A stretch of DNA of 64,000 bases, from contig JBLDXI010000019.1 in NCBI GenBank assembly GCA_047495785.1, positions 2,046,001 to 2,110,000 on the forward strand, written 5' to 3'. Numbering within the stretch: the first letter of the stretch is position 1; each line of letters opens with the position of its first letter. The notes beneath the pieces were generated by a model. It was given only the letters and a program-made list of their open reading frames with translations. It ran no database searches and was not told the origin of the DNA. Positions 61,509 to 64,000 of this stretch are shown here, piece by piece. Made by a program: the position numbers and the translations under genes. The stretch is from Lepidodermella squamata. Its lineage: Eukaryota > Animalia > Gastrotricha.

Positions 61509-62835
61509 TCAAAGCTGTAAATTCGAATGAGGCTCATCGGGCCCAAATTCACGTGTCCAAATGCAAGCTCCAATTTTCGATCTAACATCAGAGCTATTAT
61601 GTTTAGCCGATTTCAAGCCATATACATCAGGCGACGAATTTGAATGCAGAATTCGACACAAATTTCGCCAGCCATTTTTAACCAACCAATTCGGCTGACT
61701 TGACACAAATTTATCATATTGCCATGAGTAGAATTTCGCTAGTTCAAGCCGATCAAAATTCGGCGCCGAAATTTCTTGAATTATTCGAACAAGATCGATC
61801 AAATTTTGTTGATAACTCGTCGCATCGATGTACGAACCAGCTGGTAAAATTTCCGAATATTTTCCAAGGCCATAAACGATCGGAATGAGGCCGTATTTCG
61901 AGCTGAGAGAAAGACTTCTGAAGGCCTTTTCCGATATGTATTCTTCACATAACGCGTTCTCAAAAGCCAGGTAAAATCGATATTGTTCAAAGAAGGATTT
62001 TTCGCCGAATTTACGCCATTTTTCATCCGGCTGGCTTGAATTCCAACACCTGCCCCAAATGTCGATTTTCACGCCGAGGCTCGCTAGTGATAGCACCAAT
62101 TTCTCACGCCGACTCATTGTTAAACAATCTTTAAATTAATTAAATTAAATTAATTATTTTAATAATTATTTTTACCTGAAACAATCCATACAGCATCTTT
62201 CGGGCGTTTCGAGAAAGAATCGACAAATTCGTTGATTCTCGCTCGGATATTTCTTTTAAAATTATCGCTAGATTTAACTTTTTCTTCAACATTTTGCGAA
62301 GCACCGTATGGGAAAACAATTTCCGAATATCGACTATACGACATGGTGTAGTTGAATCCGAAATTATGCAAAAAGTCCCGATATTCCGCATCGTATAATT
62401 TGTTCAATTGAGGCGGTTCCAAGGTGAATAGAATGTAATTTTGCCACGGTTTTCTCGCTTCAATCGGAAAATCGGTGTAATGATTTTGGAAGAAGCCATT
62501 TGTTTGAAAAATCAAAGCATCAGCCTCAGAAATTAGCGAACGATTTGTTGTTAAATAGCATCGATTTCGCTGGGTTGTAGTCACCCAAGGTCCGTTATTT
62601 TTAGCGAAAACCTTCGACCAATCCGGGTCGTCATACCAACTGCTCCATAACCTTGAAAAAAATTTAATTAAAAAATTAAAAAATAATGATTGACTCACAA
62701 TATAATTTTCGTCGAGTTTTCCGGAACATTCGAATTACCATAAATTAATGTGAATTTGTGAAAATATGCCGCCAATAACCAGGTCGTTGATAATATTGCG
62801 CCGATGATTACGAAAAAAATCGGATAGCGACTCAT
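61509..62835 (-). CDS. GT10 alpha-1,3-fucosyltransferase, exons 62835-62699, 62651-62176, 62128-61509
   Basis: TM segment; IILLW, LEPP, FNYTMSY, WIVSDC...RRE and YRFYLAFENALCEEYISEK; in-frame GT-AG junctions. Confidence 0.92.
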
Positions 62836-64000
62836 TTATACCAGCCTCACGTGATGAACGTCCGGGTCATTGGCAATTTTTCAGCTCATCCGCACAAGTT
62901 AATTTATCACAGCGCAATTTCGAGTTTATAAAAAATTCATGCCATTTTAGCTTGTTGCCTCGCAAAGAAAATATAAAGCCGAAATTGTGTTGCACAGGTG
63001 TGAAAAGAATAGTAATAATAATAATAATAATGTCGTGTCTGCGATAAGAGAGACACGGGGATGATACCTGTTTACTATTTACCCATATTAATGCAAGTGA
63101 ATATGCCTGTGTTTTACGCTAAAAAGTGCATTATTTATGGCATTCATGCCCATCGTCGCTGTCAATAACAAACGAGCGAAATGTTTACTTGCTCAATGAC
63201 CGCCCTTTGAAAGGCCTAGATTATGATTATGATTATGCTTAATTTCCGTTTTCCAAGTCCAATCAGTGTATTTTGCCTTTCATCTTTTTTATTTACAAAT
63301 GAGATTTATTTACAGTAATTTTCAACAAAATAGCAGGCAAATAAAGTCAGATAGCCGCCATCTTTTTCATCATAATAGCCACTTGATTATTTTTGACTTA
63401 AATTAGCACTCAAACTCAAAAGTTGACTGAATGTGAGCCATTACGTCTTATTTTGTTGGCAATTTAAAGATCGGCCGAAGCCGTCGTGGACACCCGGCGT
63501 CCCGTTCTGGCTTTTGCCACAGCACTCCGTGAGTGCGTGAGCCGCTCATGTAAAGCAGCTACTGCAGAGGGAGCCCAATCACTCGGGCCGCAATTTTCCG
63601 GCCTCTCTGCAGCAATAATGATGCAATAAAATTAGCACCGGGGCTCGCGGCCGAGCAGGTCATTTAAATGATAGGTAATTTGCGTATTCACACAGCCTTC
63701 GATTGAGGAATTAATGATAAGGCGCACACACGTAAATTTAAACGTCTCATAATTTCGTAACCGTCTGTTATTTGCGCTATTCAGCAGCCAAGAGATGTGC
63801 AATGGGTCATTTTTCGAATCAAGGACGGCTAGAAAGCTGCGGCAAATTATGTGTTTTATGTTCTAGCAGATATTTCAAGCATTCATAAATGGGACGTTAA
63901 CCATGTCATGCGTAGACTCATGTGAAACATATTCATCATTTCTGACACTTTCGCGGTGTTTTCTAGATGACCGGATAAAACAGTCCAATGACCCATGGAA

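Noticed and set aside
33499-62835. Bacterial contamination explaining the GT cluster
   Set aside because: Most genes carry in-frame spliceosomal introns and are interleaved with eukaryotic TEs.

Overview
Intron-containing animal genomic DNA, most likely a nematode (short AT-rich introns with TTTCAG/TAG acceptors, nematode-like HSP70 and MSH2; species not determinable). Left half: 3' exon of mitochondrial IF2, an ATD/DTD2-type tRNA deacylase, a 12-copy 375-bp satellite with higher-order structure, an apparently intact 9-exon Sola1-type DNA transposase within or next to ~565-bp inverted homologous arms, a head-to-head HSP70/MSH2 pair, and a spliced gene ending in an orphan piggyBac-type Cys-rich zinc finger. 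The right half (33.5-62.8 kb) is a compact cluster of type II membrane glycosyltransferase-like genes from four unrelated families: three GT-B fucosyltransferase-like paralogs (a fourth lies at 15.2-17.1 kb), three paralogs of an uncharacterised GT-A-like protein, an intronless GT32 and a GT10 alpha-1,3-fucosyltransferase. The cluster shows duplication, TE insertion and pseudogenisation, and is the best candidate for an undescribed system. Many MITEs plus MULE, LINE and Copia remnants are interspersed. All exon structures were derived by hand from GT-AG sites and frame continuity; family assignments come from recalled motifs, not database searches.
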